Assembly (NCBI GenBank): GCA_965644495.1
Contig: CBFFSA010000002.1
Span: 930,001 to 994,000, forward strand
DNA from: Perkinsela sp. CCAP 1560/9
Taxonomy: Eukaryota > Protista > Euglenozoa: Kinetoplastea
Direction: 5' to 3'
DNA length: 64,000 nt
The translations under genes and the position numbers were made by a program. Shown here in pieces: positions 24,589-34,925 of this stretch. The stretch's first letter is position 1. Each line of letters begins with the position of its first letter. The notes beneath the pieces were generated by a model. It had not been told where the DNA came from, did no database searches, and worked only from the letters and a program-made list of their open reading frames with translations.

Positions 24589-25003
24589 GCGGTGCGGGCG
24601 TAGTTGGTAGACGGTGGGCCTTACAACCTGCAGGTTGTTTGTTCGATTCCCGCTATCGACAAAACTCGCAACCTGGTGGCCTCACTATAAAGGGAAAGCG
24701 ATCAGAAGTGCCTTCAAGGCCCACACCCAACCCCGCTCCCCTGGAGGACCGACCCGGAACCGCAGAGCTGAGCCAGGCTCCAGCGCAGCCGCTAAATTGC
24801 GAGCTGCTTACGCAAAGAAGGCTTGAGACACAGCCTACACGATGCAACGGGGTTGGACGCCCGTCCTGGTAGCTACGGTTGGGTAGCCGTTCTCGGGCCG
24901 CAAGGCGTCGAGTGCCGTCTGGGAAGGGGGTAGCAAGACGATGAAGGTCGGTGGCCTGAGACTCTACCCTAACGGTTGGCGCTGCAGAGCCCTCCGTGTT
25001 CTT

Positions 25004-25033
<30 letters not shown>
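24589..25033 (+). mobile_element. tRNA-derived SINE family B with (TTC)n tail
   Basis: A box GGCGTAGTTGG, B box GTTCGATTCC, CT-TAC-AA loop (Val-like); TTC repeats 24999-25033; interrupts an RT relic. Confidence 0.75.
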
Positions 25034-25034
<1 letters not shown>

Positions 25035-27762
25035 TCTAACAGTAGACGAATGATGCCGTCGGTCAGTCCTGTGGGGCCTTGTGCTGCCCCCTTTGCCAAA
25101 CGACGTCCTACGAAACGGAGCTCCTAGGTTGTAATGCATGCGATTTGGGGTGCATCATGAGGCAACTGAAATGTAATCGGGCCATCCGGATGCAATGCTT
25201 TAAGCTGGGAGAAAATTTCTTCGTCGGATAGAGCGTTTGGCTTGATTTTCCTGTCTAGTACTTTAGTGGCTTTTTAGACTGCACCTTCCAGCACGAATCG
25301 AATAGCTTTTTTAATTGCTCGTTTGTCGATTTCTTGTTAAGGCGATGTGGTTGATTCAAGGTTTTCTTTCAGTGGACGTCGCCATCTGCGTTTGGCCTCG
25401 GCTATCTGGACGGTTGTGAGTGAGTACTTAACGGCTGATAAGGCGCGATTCCATATAAGACTTCTCTCATCTTGCATTCCTTATAATCACCAATTATTCC
25501 TCGAAATATGGCGAAACGCATGAAGCATATTCTGGACTTATATTGCGTTGTGTCGGGATTGGTTCAAAATCCATGTCCGCAGTTGTGTTATTGTACGCCA
25601 TCGAGGGATCGTTGAGTGCTGGATCGCTTGCGGCTTGCGAAATATCATAATTTCCTTCCCCGTTTTTCCAAACAAGATGATAGACACGCACATTGGACTG
25701 TGGAGGAAGGAAGCCGATGAATGATTTACCCTGTTTGTGTCCGTGTATTCCGAAATACTCCAGGCTTATTTTCCCTTTTCCAGCTCTTCCTCGCACATTT
25801 TTGACTGTTCCTTTCGATACGTTAAACTGTTCTTGACAGTCGAAACTCCACGCCACCATAACTGTGTCATCTGCTTTTGCCTGTTTTGTTGACATCAGTA
25901 CGGAATGATGGGACAAAGGGAATTGCTGAGAAGGGTGTATTTTTTCTATCATATTGTTCCCTATCGCGAACTCTTCGATGGATGCTTCTATGTCTTTTGA
26001 TATATTTTCTTCAGATACACTTGGCTCGTGGGTTACCGTCCGATTATTCTCGTGTGGAGGTGCATTCGATGTCTGATTTTCGCGGGGAAAAACGACAATA
26101 CTCGTTGCTTGTTCGTAGATCGTCGTATCCTTTGGTGGAGATGGGCAATCGAAAACCTCATCATCAACACAAATAGGTGCTTGATGATTTGTATTTTGTG
26201 GGAATGAGGGGGTTGATGTGTTTTGGCATCTTTGATCGTGTGCATGATTATTGGCAATGACTGTGTACTCTTCAGGATTCTCGAAATCAGTGTCGAAGAT
26301 TGGAGTTCTGTATAGGTTGCACGTTGCTCCTCCCGTTATAGGTTGTGCGTTACTCCTTTTGCAATGGGCGACTCCTCACAGTGCATAATAGGTGGTGGCG
26401 TGTTCGGCGTTGGTAAGGGAGGCGGCAGTGGGGACGGTGTCGAAGAGCTTCCTTTGCTTTCAAGATCTGTAGATTTTGATTCAACACTCACACCATTCAG
26501 TGCTTGTACCATCGCTCTCCGGGATGCCGTGTGCATGCTCGGACGAGATTCATGCAGAGATGATGGAGGAAAAGAAGGCAGAGAGGGCGTTATGACCAGA
26601 GATGGCTAAGATGGCGCCGAAGGAGGCTCTGGAACTAGTGCTATGGGCGGTATATGTTGTTTTGGCGGGGGTTTCGTGGTCGGTGAAGAGACTTGGAAAC
26701 GATTACGCCTGGCCCTCGTGGGGAAGCGGGACGGGAAATGTGCGGCGAGTGTGTCGTAGAAGGGCGGTTTCTTTGGCGGATTCTTGACCGACTGCTTCGG
26801 CGTTGGCACCGGTGGAGGAGATTCCGGATGACTGTGCGTCAGAGATTTTATTTGCAACGGTGCGTGAGATGGTCGAGGCGAAGACGGTACCGACTGCGAC
26901 TGCGGCAGCGGTGGCGAAGGTGGCTGCGGTGGCAAAGGTGGCTGCGGTGGCGAAGGTGGCGGCGATTGCGGATGATGTGGCATCGGAGACGATCGCACGT
27001 GCGATGTCGGAGGCGGTGGTACCGACCGTGCCTGTGGTAACGGCGATTGCGAATGAATTGGGGTCGCAAACAACCGCGCTGACGTGTTTGGTAGCGGCGT
27101 CGATGGTAGCGGCGAAGAAGGTACCGACTGCGGATGATTCGGCAGAGAAGGTCGCAGCGGCGCGTGTGATGGTAACGGCGAAGGTGGTGCTGACTCCAAC
27201 TGCTGTGGCGGCCCAGCAAGAAGCACAATCCTGCAAAGTGCTCTGAGCACAAGCAGTGATACGCATTTTGGACAGAAAACGTCCTTGAAACGGAAAACAC
27301 ATACCAGTGAAAACTGCCTGGGTGTTCTGAAACACCTCTTGAAAAAGAGGCTATGACCAAGCATGTAGCACAACATTGCGAAGGAATGCATTTATGTATT
27401 CCTTGCAATTACTTCGCTATCTTGCAAGATTTACCACCAGTCATGGTGGATACGACTCAAGCGAATTCTCTTAAACATCGGGAAATGGCGTATCTGCATC
27501 CTAAATGGGAGCTTCACGTAAGTTTCTCCATTGGATCGTATGTGTGTGAACTCCGCGCCATACGTAAACAAAGTGTCAAATCTATGATGCGACACATACT
27601 CAGTATGGGAAACCCTTCACAGGTGCTCCCAACTGATATGAATGTTCATCTGCGAAGTATGTACGTATTTCGCACAGATACAAGGAACAACGGGCATTAT
27701 CCCAGCAGATGGGATCCCAGCATTTGGTATCAAGTGCGCATATTATGTCGTTGTTTGTTGTT

Positions 27763-28138
27763 TATTCCGGATTGCTCCGGATGGTCACTGGCAAGCCAGA
27801 CCCTTCACAGACAGATTTGGAAGTTCCGAGGACGACGTCCTCTACCAGTTTCCGCTTGCCCAAGGCGGAACCAACGTGCTGTTGCCAACACGCTGCGTCG
27901 ACGAACTGTACGTCAACACGGCACACCCAAGAGGTGTAAGCCGTGTAAGGGAGCTAGTTCCCTGAGGGGAGGGTCCGGGACGGTCCTCCGAGTACTGGGC
28001 CTAGTCGGTTCTCAGCCCAGCCTCTTGGAGTAAGGCCGCCGGGAATAATGCGATGAGCGGGTTTGAACTCGCCGTCTGAGCACCATGTGCTTGAAACTTT
28101 GAATTCTTGCCACTCCGCCACCTCCTCCGCCACCTCCT
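27763..28138 (-). mobile_element. SINE A, near full length
   Basis: Homology to 23752-24134. Confidence 0.85.
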
Positions 28139-28423
28139 CTTCAGCAAGGTAGTTATACAACCACCGCAATCTTTTTTAGGCTCTTCGTTATGTTCAAACC
28201 TCTTATGTTCAAATCGATTGGATCGAATTTGCCATCCCCTGCGAACAGAACAAATTCAAGTGCACTTTGTGCGCTACCGAACAAATGTTCACGTTTAAGG
28301 GGCTTCAAAAGCATTTTTACCGCGATCCGCAGCATGCTGAAGCTCGCGCTTTTCGACTTCGAATCACACAAGCTGAGCGCAACAGAGCTCACGCAATATC
28401 GCAGGATGATGAACTGGAACGTG

Positions 28424-28637
28424 TCCAATCCAAATCATTCCGGATTGCTCCGGATGGTCACTGGCAATCCAGAACCTTCACAGACAGATTTGGAAGTTCC
28501 GAGGCCGACGTCCTCTACCAGTTTCCGCTTGTCCAAGGCGGCACCAACGTGCTGTTGCCAACACGATGCGTCGACGAACTGTACGTCAACACGGCACACC
28601 CAAGAGGCGTAAGCCGGGCGGAGGTGGCGGAGTGGCA
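28424..28637 (-). mobile_element. SINE A 3' half plus the nested-insertion junction
   Basis: Same AAGCCGG|GCGGAGG junction as 8422 and 24134, in inverted orientation. Confidence 0.8.
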
Positions 28638-28671
28638 TTTCTTTCATCAGGCCCAATTTTTCATTCAGGCC

Positions 28672-28920
28672 CATTTTTCTTTCTTAGGCTCTTCGTTAAA
28701 CGCGGTGGAAGTTTTCAACGCGAAGCGCGCAGCATGAGTGACTTCTAGGTTGAAGACAACCGCCGCGTTTATCGAAGAGCCTAATTAAAAAATTAGCAGA
28801 AAAGGACCAAAAATTCTTTCGCGCCGCGAAGCGGCGCGGTCTGTGCTCTTGTGCTCGATTTTGGTCCTTTGGGGGCTGTGTGCGCGTTGGGCTTGCTATT
28901 TTGATGAAAAAATCATCAAT
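28672..28920 (+). repeat. Family-1 palindrome variant with extra CGCGCCGC-GAA-GCGGCGCG hairpin
   Basis: Matches 48112-48360. Confidence 0.8.
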
Positions 28921-28951
28921 TGAGGGTCCATGGGGGGTTCCATGGGGGGCA

Positions 28952-29443
28952 TACAGGGGGGAAATTAAGTTATGTCAACAAAAGTCATGTTAATTTCTGG
29001 GATTAACACGACTTTTGTTGACACAACATATGTTGCCGCAACATATGTTCACTTTTTTACCAAACTTTGCCAATTCTTACTGTTTGCCAAAAAAACACGC
29101 CATTGAAGAAAAGTTTCATTTAGTCACTCATTTCACAAAAAAAATTGAGTGAAACGTACCATGAACTCTTTCCCATTCGCGAGAAGCTTTGCTCGGACCC
29201 AAGCCATTTGTGTCATCATGACCCTTTCCTCTAGGAGAAGAAGGGTACTGCTTTAGGGTCTCTATGGAATTTAGGTCGCCCAAGACCTTCGCTTCAAGGG
29301 GGGTTACACTAATTAAGGGAATATGATTTACAAAAAAAATTATTCCCTTAATTAGTGTTCCCTTATTTAATGTTCCCTTAATTGTTTTATGAGAATCAAG
29401 TTGAAAATAGCCCAAGATCATCAGATAAGTACGATGAATAATT
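28952..29443. repeat. Left part of a repeated non-coding element (second copy 49104-51509; right part 40181-40812)
   Basis: Near-identical to 49104-49181 plus 50436-50848; includes a 22-bp inverted repeat at 28973-29023. Confidence 0.85.
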
Positions 29444-29758
29444 TGTTTGTTTAGACTTTTTGTTTAGACCAACTTTTTGTTTAGACCAACTTTTTGTTTA
29501 GACCAACTTTTTGTTTAGACCAACTTTTTTTTTAGACCAACTTTTTGTTTAGACCAACTTTTTGTTTAGACCAACTTTTTGTTTAGACCAACTTTTTGTT
29601 TAGACCAACTTTTTGTTTAGACCAACTTTTTGTTTAGACCAACTTTTTGTTTAGACCAACTTTTTGTTTAGACCAACTTTTTGTTTAGACCAACTTTTTG
29701 TTTAGACCAACTTTTTGTTTAGACCAACTTTTTGTTTAGACCAACTTTTTGTTTAGAC
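29444..29758 (+). repeat. 17-bp tandem array (TAGACCAACTTTTTGTT)n
   Basis: Direct reading; duplicate of the array at 34550-34890. Confidence 0.97.
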
Positions 29759-29934
29759 ACACACACACACACACACAACACTGAAGGCATTACCCTTCAA
29801 TTGAGAAACTGTTCAAGCTTCACTAAATATATGCTCCTAAAACTAGAACTAATAGAATTTGATTCCCACACCATCGTGCGCCCTATTGGTAGATATATTT
29901 TTCCATTACTTTCGTTTTGAGTACACCCCTGAGT

Positions 29935-32900
29935 TTACAGGTTGGATGTTCGGAAATGTTTCTTTTCGCTTTGTTCAAATTCTGCGTTAGCAAGCGAGGA
30001 CGCGGTGTCTAGTAACTTACCTTTTCTCTTACGCCGCATCCGACGCTCCTCACGGGTTGGGTTCGTGGTTTTCTTTTCTATTGTTTTAAGGCACGCTATC
30101 CACTCATATTCGGAGTGGGCCGATTCATTTCCTCGGTTCAGGTTTTTTCTTCGTTTAGAAATAGGTTCCGAACTAACGAGCTTTTTACTTAAGGTATCCG
30201 CTTCTTCATTCCATTTATTCCCTGAATGGCCTCGGACCTTAATAAAGGTGATGGTTCTCCCCTGACAATGCGCTGATCGAATAAAACTATCCAGAAAACT
30301 AAGCAGATCGGAATTCGAGCCTTCAAAACCAACCAGTCGATCTTTCCTTCGGCGCATATTTACAAAATTCCACACATAATACGAATCTGTGTGTACAACA
30401 ACATTTTCAACTTCTTTTAGTTTACTCAAACCAAATAGGGCAGCGTGAATTTCGGCTCTTTCAGGAGATTTGGTTTCCAGGTAGGATAGGGAGGACGAAA
30501 AACTTTCATGCTTCTCTGCGTTTACTATTACACATCCAACTGCTACCTTTACCCTTGTGTCCGTATCATCGGAGATAGAAGCATCCACGTACGCATGCAT
30601 TTCCTCTGGTTTTACAGGAAAAGGGGTTTCCCCTTCTTCGATAAATTGTAATTTATTACACACTGTTTCTTTTAAAGCGTTTTTGTATGCTAGTTTCCAT
30701 TTAGGACTTTTGTAGCCAATATAAGACTCTGAGGGCTCGAGTCTCTCTGAGAGGTTTTCAATTAATTTGGCCCAGTGTGCGCGATCAGAGGCATATACAA
30801 GCATTTCTTCCATCTCAATCCCAAGGTCTTGTGCGCATGCTTCGGAAGGCGATGGAAATCTCGCCTTTTCCCGGGAGCCCCATCCTACTAAAGAGCGGTA
30901 GATCTCAGAGTGCCTAATTTGGTGACCCACAAGGCGCGCCCGATTAATACGATGTATTGTATTGAAATGTAGCGTGTTGTGGTACAGAGATTCAATAGGA
31001 TAACAATGCCCATTCTCATCAACTCCTACGGCGTCACACACGATGCGCCTCATGTTGTTTACCTGTACTTCAACGTTTCTCACCTGCGATGCCGATATCA
31101 CCATGGATGACGTACCGTAGTTTAGTATGGGATAGACAAGGGTGTCAAAAATTCGAAGCTTAGCCTTTACGCGAAGAGGCGAGATCCAAATACCTCGTAG
31201 TTTGCTAAAACACGCCCACGTCAAACGTAATCTGTCGGTTAATGTTAATTTAGGCTCGGTTTCATGCTGAACATGCCCCAGATGGCGGTACGATTTTACT
31301 TTCGGAATGTTCCCACAAGTTGATGAAAGGAGATCGCCATCCTTATTCTCATTCTTCGAGATGGACATCCATGCCGTTTTGTTGACACCAGCGGCTATAC
31401 TCAAATTAGCTTTGGATGCTTCAGTAGCGACGCTGTCGACCATCCTTTCTAATGAACGTTTGGAGTCGGAAAACAGGATCAAATCATCAGCGTAATCAAT
31501 ATCAGTCACTCGTGTTGATTTATATCCACGTTTTCTGGTTCCGGCGGAGCTCAGCGTTAGTCCATCATCTTTATTTTTCAATGCCGCGTGAAGGATGCGA
31601 TCGAGAACCATGATAAATAAATACGGAGCCAGCACATCCCCTTGCAAAATACCCGAGGTAATAGGAAAGGAGCTGGTTTTCCCAAACGGGGTACGTACAA
31701 TGGCCTCTAAGCCCTCGTAGGCCGACATTGCAAGGGTTGTCATTCGAGGTCCTACGTGGAACGAATGTAACGCTGCCCTGATAGATGAGTGTGAAAGCGA
31801 TGGAAAGGCACTCGCGAAGTCGATGAAAGCAATCATGACATTTTCGTGACTTCGATTCCGTCTTGATTTCGTGAGGATTTCATTGAGAATAATTTGGGCT
31901 CCACAGGTGGACCTCTCCGGGCGGAAACCATATTGATTTTCGCGTAGAACTCGCTCGGTCGAGGGCCGAATACGATTCAAAATCATACCGTTAATTAGCT
32001 TGAGGATAACGTTGACAAGACATATTGGGCGCCAATTCCGCAGCTCGGAAAGATCACCTTTTTTCGGTACGGGGACTTGCAGAACGGTTTTCCAGAGATG
32101 GTGCGTCTTTCCCGTTTCAAGGGCTTTGTTGATGATTCCAAGAAGGAGATGGCGTAAAGAATTTTCTTCGAGTATGGATATGTACGCTTCCGCTGGTATC
32201 TCGTCGAGTCCTGGAGCTTTTCCTCGTTTAAGTCTACGCGCAGCGCATGCAAGTTCATCTTCTGTGAAAGGTGAATCCATGATTTCTCCTTCAAAGTTTT
32301 TGGTCTCATCAAATTCAACTTTTGTGTCTCCAACACCTCGGTTAGCAATTTTAGAGAAAAAGTCCTTAACGGCTGCTAGTCGTTTCCGGTTTGATTGACC
32401 TGCGCCATAATTAAAAACTGTTTTCCTCATTCCGCATATTTCGCGAATGAATCTCCAAGGGCTGGAATGGTTTTTCCGTAGTTTTTCTTGGAGAATTGCA
32501 CATTCAGCTTCAATTGTTTCCTCAATTTGCTCACGACTCTTGTCTACAAGACCTTTGAATGTATGCGCATTTCGACTAGATTTGTACAGGGCGCTGAGTG
32601 ATAATATTTCCTCTTGTTTGTTTGTTTCTTCTCGTTGCCCATTGGATTTACTTAAGTCACTTGGTGCCTCGAAATCCGGAAGTGTTTTCTGTGCCGCATA
32701 TAGTATCCCCTCTGATAAAACCTCCCACGGGTCGGGTCTTCCCTCTCCGATTACTTTGAAAACAGCTTGTTGGGTACATTTATTGAATTCCTTGCAAATA
32801 TTTTCTGATTTTAGGTTGTACCATGGCAAATGATTGCCAGGTTGTGTTTCATGCGCTTTCCACTTAATCTTGAGACGGGTGACAACCGAGCAGTGCTGCG

Positions 32901-34095
32901 TTGGGAAAGGAGCAAGTAAAACTTTATGATGTTGTATTGCTGACGCGTATCGATTGGAAATTATAATATGATCTAGTTGTCTCTCAGCGCCATTGGGAAG
33001 TTTACAAGTCCACTTTCGAGAGCTTGGTGAGAGAGTGTGGGCAGACTTGCAACCAACGTCTACAAGTAAGGCGCGAAATCGTGCTACAGCTGCTTTGTCT
33101 TCAGCAGTTTTGTTGACCAGCGTTAAAGGGGAATTAAAATCTCCAATTAAGATCGTAGGTCGTTGGGGGTTCGTGGATTCAAGATCGCGAACGGCCTTTC
33201 TTAAAGAAGCGTCGAAGGTAGATTTCATTTCCTTAGAAGAATCCCTAATGGGACCGTACACATTGAATAGTGTAGCGTTCCCGTTTTCCCAAGGAAACTG
33301 TGCAGTCATAATCCGTTCTGAGATAACCCGCACCTTTTCCAATGGAAAAGTACTAACGAGCGCCATTCCGTTGTAAGAACGGTCGGACGTTGCTGAGGAA
33401 AAATATAAGTAATACGTAACGCCGGTGTCCTCCGTTTGCTGACGTAGAATCTCACCAAAGAGACGAGAATCAAAACGGAACCTCGTTTCCTGCAACCCCA
33501 GTATGTGAATCCTCTTGCTACTCATAAGGTTCAATATTTCCTTCAATCGGACACACGATCGAATAGAAAACAAATCCCCCCCCTCTAATTTTAATGAGGT
33601 CACATTCAGGGTCGCTATCGACAACTTCTCCTTCACAGCCGAACCATTTTGGTTCTCCAAAGCGCGATCGACATGCTCGCCGGGCGACGTCGATTTGGTA
33701 GCGCAGCGACGCCATCGCCTCTTACGCCGGGAGGGAGCCGATCTCATTCGAACAGCGCATATGATAACTCTTGCGGAAATGGGGGGGAAGGGAAACACCA
33801 GGTCAGCTCTTTGATGATACTTCACGCTGAAGCGATCAGTATCCTCAAAGTTTCCCATAACATCTCCCTCCCATAGTCGGTATTTCCGAGAACCATCATA
33901 CCGCCATACGACTGCAATATGGCAACCTCTACGCATCCAGCGCATGAGACTTGATAACGCACTGCGACGGAGTTTTGCGCCCTTATTTTCAACCGGAATA
34001 GGCGGCAGAAAAAGAGAGCCCCGACCAAGCGTGGAACGATCGAGACATTCGCGAACAACGCGCACCTCGACCGCACCGGACGCATCCGTCGTCAT
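29935..34095 (-). CDS. APE endonuclease - reverse transcriptase - RNase H polyprotein (1386 aa, uninterrupted)
   Basis: APE: TLNV, LQET, NVYGP, GDFN, LDH. RT: KAPGLD, WRPICL, QYGFR, FIDF, GILQGD, YADD. RNase H: YVDAS, ERAE, HTDS, VRGHSGNKWNEEAD. Confidence 0.95.
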   Translation of the reverse strand: MTTDASGAVEVRVVRECLDRSTLGRGSLFLPPIPVENKGAKLRRSALSSLMRWMRRGCHIAVVWRYDGSRKYRLWEGDVMGNFEDTDRFSVKYHQRADLVFPFPPISARVIICAVRMRSAPSRRKRRWRRCATKSTSPGEHVDRALENQNGSAVKEKLSIATLNVTSLKLEGGDLFSIRSCVRLKEILNLMSSKRIHILGLQETRFRFDSRLFGEILRQQTEDTGVTYYLYFSSATSDRSYNGMALVSTFPLEKVRVISERIMTAQFPWENGNATLFNVYGPIRDSSKEMKSTFDASLRKAVRDLESTNPQRPTILIGDFNSPLTLVNKTAEDKAAVARFRALLVDVGCKSAHTLSPSSRKWTCKLPNGAERQLDHIIISNRYASAIQHHKVLLAPFPTQHCSVVTRLKIKWKAHETQPGNHLPWYNLKSENICKEFNKCTQQAVFKVIGEGRPDPWEVLSEGILYAAQKTLPDFEAPSDLSKSNGQREETNKQEEILSLSALYKSSRNAHTFKGLVDKSREQIEETIEAECAILQEKLRKNHSSPWRFIREICGMRKTVFNYGAGQSNRKRLAAVKDFFSKIANRGVGDTKVEFDETKNFEGEIMDSPFTEDELACAARRLKRGKAPGLDEIPAEAYISILEENSLRHLLLGIINKALETGKTHHLWKTVLQVPVPKKGDLSELRNWRPICLVNVILKLINGMILNRIRPSTERVLRENQYGFRPERSTCGAQIILNEILTKSRRNRSHENVMIAFIDFASAFPSLSHSSIRAALHSFHVGPRMTTLAMSAYEGLEAIVRTPFGKTSSFPITSGILQGDVLAPYLFIMVLDRILHAALKNKDDGLTLSSAGTRKRGYKSTRVTDIDYADDLILFSDSKRSLERMVDSVATEASKANLSIAAGVNKTAWMSISKNENKDGDLLSSTCGNIPKVKSYRHLGHVQHETEPKLTLTDRLRLTWACFSKLRGIWISPLRVKAKLRIFDTLVYPILNYGTSSMVISASQVRNVEVQVNNMRRIVCDAVGVDENGHCYPIESLYHNTLHFNTIHRINRARLVGHQIRHSEIYRSLVGWGSREKARFPSPSEACAQDLGIEMEEMLVYASDRAHWAKLIENLSERLEPSESYIGYKSPKWKLAYKNALKETVCNKLQFIEEGETPFPVKPEEMHAYVDASISDDTDTRVKVAVGCVIVNAEKHESFSSSLSYLETKSPERAEIHAALFGLSKLKEVENVVVHTDSYYVWNFVNMRRRKDRLVGFEGSNSDLLSFLDSFIRSAHCQGRTITFIKVRGHSGNKWNEEADTLSKKLVSSEPISKRRKNLNRGNESAHSEYEWIACLKTIEKKTTNPTREERRMRRKRKGKLLDTASSLANAEFEQSEKKHFRTSNL

Positions 34096-34106
34096 TTTGT
34101 TAAAAT

Positions 34107-34497
34107 CTTAACAAAAAGATGGTCTTAACAAAAAGATGGTCTTAACAAAAAGATGGTCTTAACAAAAAGATGGTCTTAACAAAAAGATGGTCTTAACAAA
34201 AAGATGGTCTTAACAAAAAGATGGTCTTAACAAAAAGATGGTCTTAACAAAAAGATGGTCTTAACAAAAAGATGGTCTTAACAAAAAGATGGTCTTAACA
34301 AAAAGATGGTCTTAACAAAAAGATGGTCTTAACAAAAAGATGGTCTTAACAAAAAGATGGTCTTAACAAAAAGATGGTCTTAACAAAAAGATGGTCTTAA
34401 CAAAAAGATGGTCTTAACAAAAAGATGGTCTTAACAAAAAGATGGTCTTAACAAAAAGATGGTCTTAACAAAAAGATGGTCTTAACAAAAAGATGGT
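34107..34497 (-). repeat. 17-bp tandem array (AAGACCATCTTTTTGTT)n in the 5' UTR of element 1 (~23 units)
   Basis: Perfect repeats of AACAAAAAGATGGTCTT on the + strand. Confidence 0.97.
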
Positions 34498-34549
34498 GGA
34501 ATCAAGTTGAAAATAGCCCAAGATCATCAGATAAGTACGATGAATAATT

Positions 34550-34890
34550 TGTTTGTTTAGACTTTTTGTTTAGACCAACTTTTTGTTTAGACCAACTTTT
34601 TGTTTAGACCAACTTTTTGTTTAGACCAACTTTTTTTTTAGACCAACTTTTTGTTTAGACCAACTTTTTGTTTAGACCAACTTTTTGTTTAGACCAACTT
34701 TTTGTTTAGACCAACTTTTTGTTTAGACCAACTTTTTGTTTAGACCAACTTTTTGTTTAGACCAACTTTTTGTTTAGACCAACTTTTTGTTTAGACCAAC
34801 TTTTTGTTTAGACCAACTTTTTGTTTAAAACCACCTTTTTGTTTAGACCAACTTTTTGTTTAGACCAACTTTTTGTTTAGAACAACTTTT
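34550..34890 (+). repeat. 17-bp tandem array (TAGACCAACTTTTTGTT)n in the 5' UTR of element 2
   Basis: Direct reading. Confidence 0.97.
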
Positions 34891-34925
34891 TGTTTATTTT
34901 TTTTACAAAGAAATGGCGGAAAGAA

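Larger units (their letters stand above)
22790..27391 (-). pseudogene. CRE-like retrotransposon relic (family B, 5' two-thirds), interrupted by SINEs and a tRNA
   Basis: Pro-rich 5' ORF; LKALHP..GAAQGPTGLT; RPSAIGEILLKLAG; QHGV; LSLDVKNA; VRQG; YIDD. Close to 13710-14310. Confidence 0.8.
29759..34497 (-). mobile_element. Full-length RTE-like non-LTR retrotransposon (element 1), (TG)n tail, 5' 17-bp array
   Basis: Intact ORF, CA repeat at 29757-29776, long flanking direct duplication. Confidence 0.9.

Noticed and set aside
24915-24975. HDV-like fold on the minus strand of SINE B
   Set aside because: L3, P1.1 and J4/2 do not fit.
29444-34890. 17-bp arrays as CRISPR
   Set aside because: No spacers, no cas genes, eukaryotic context.
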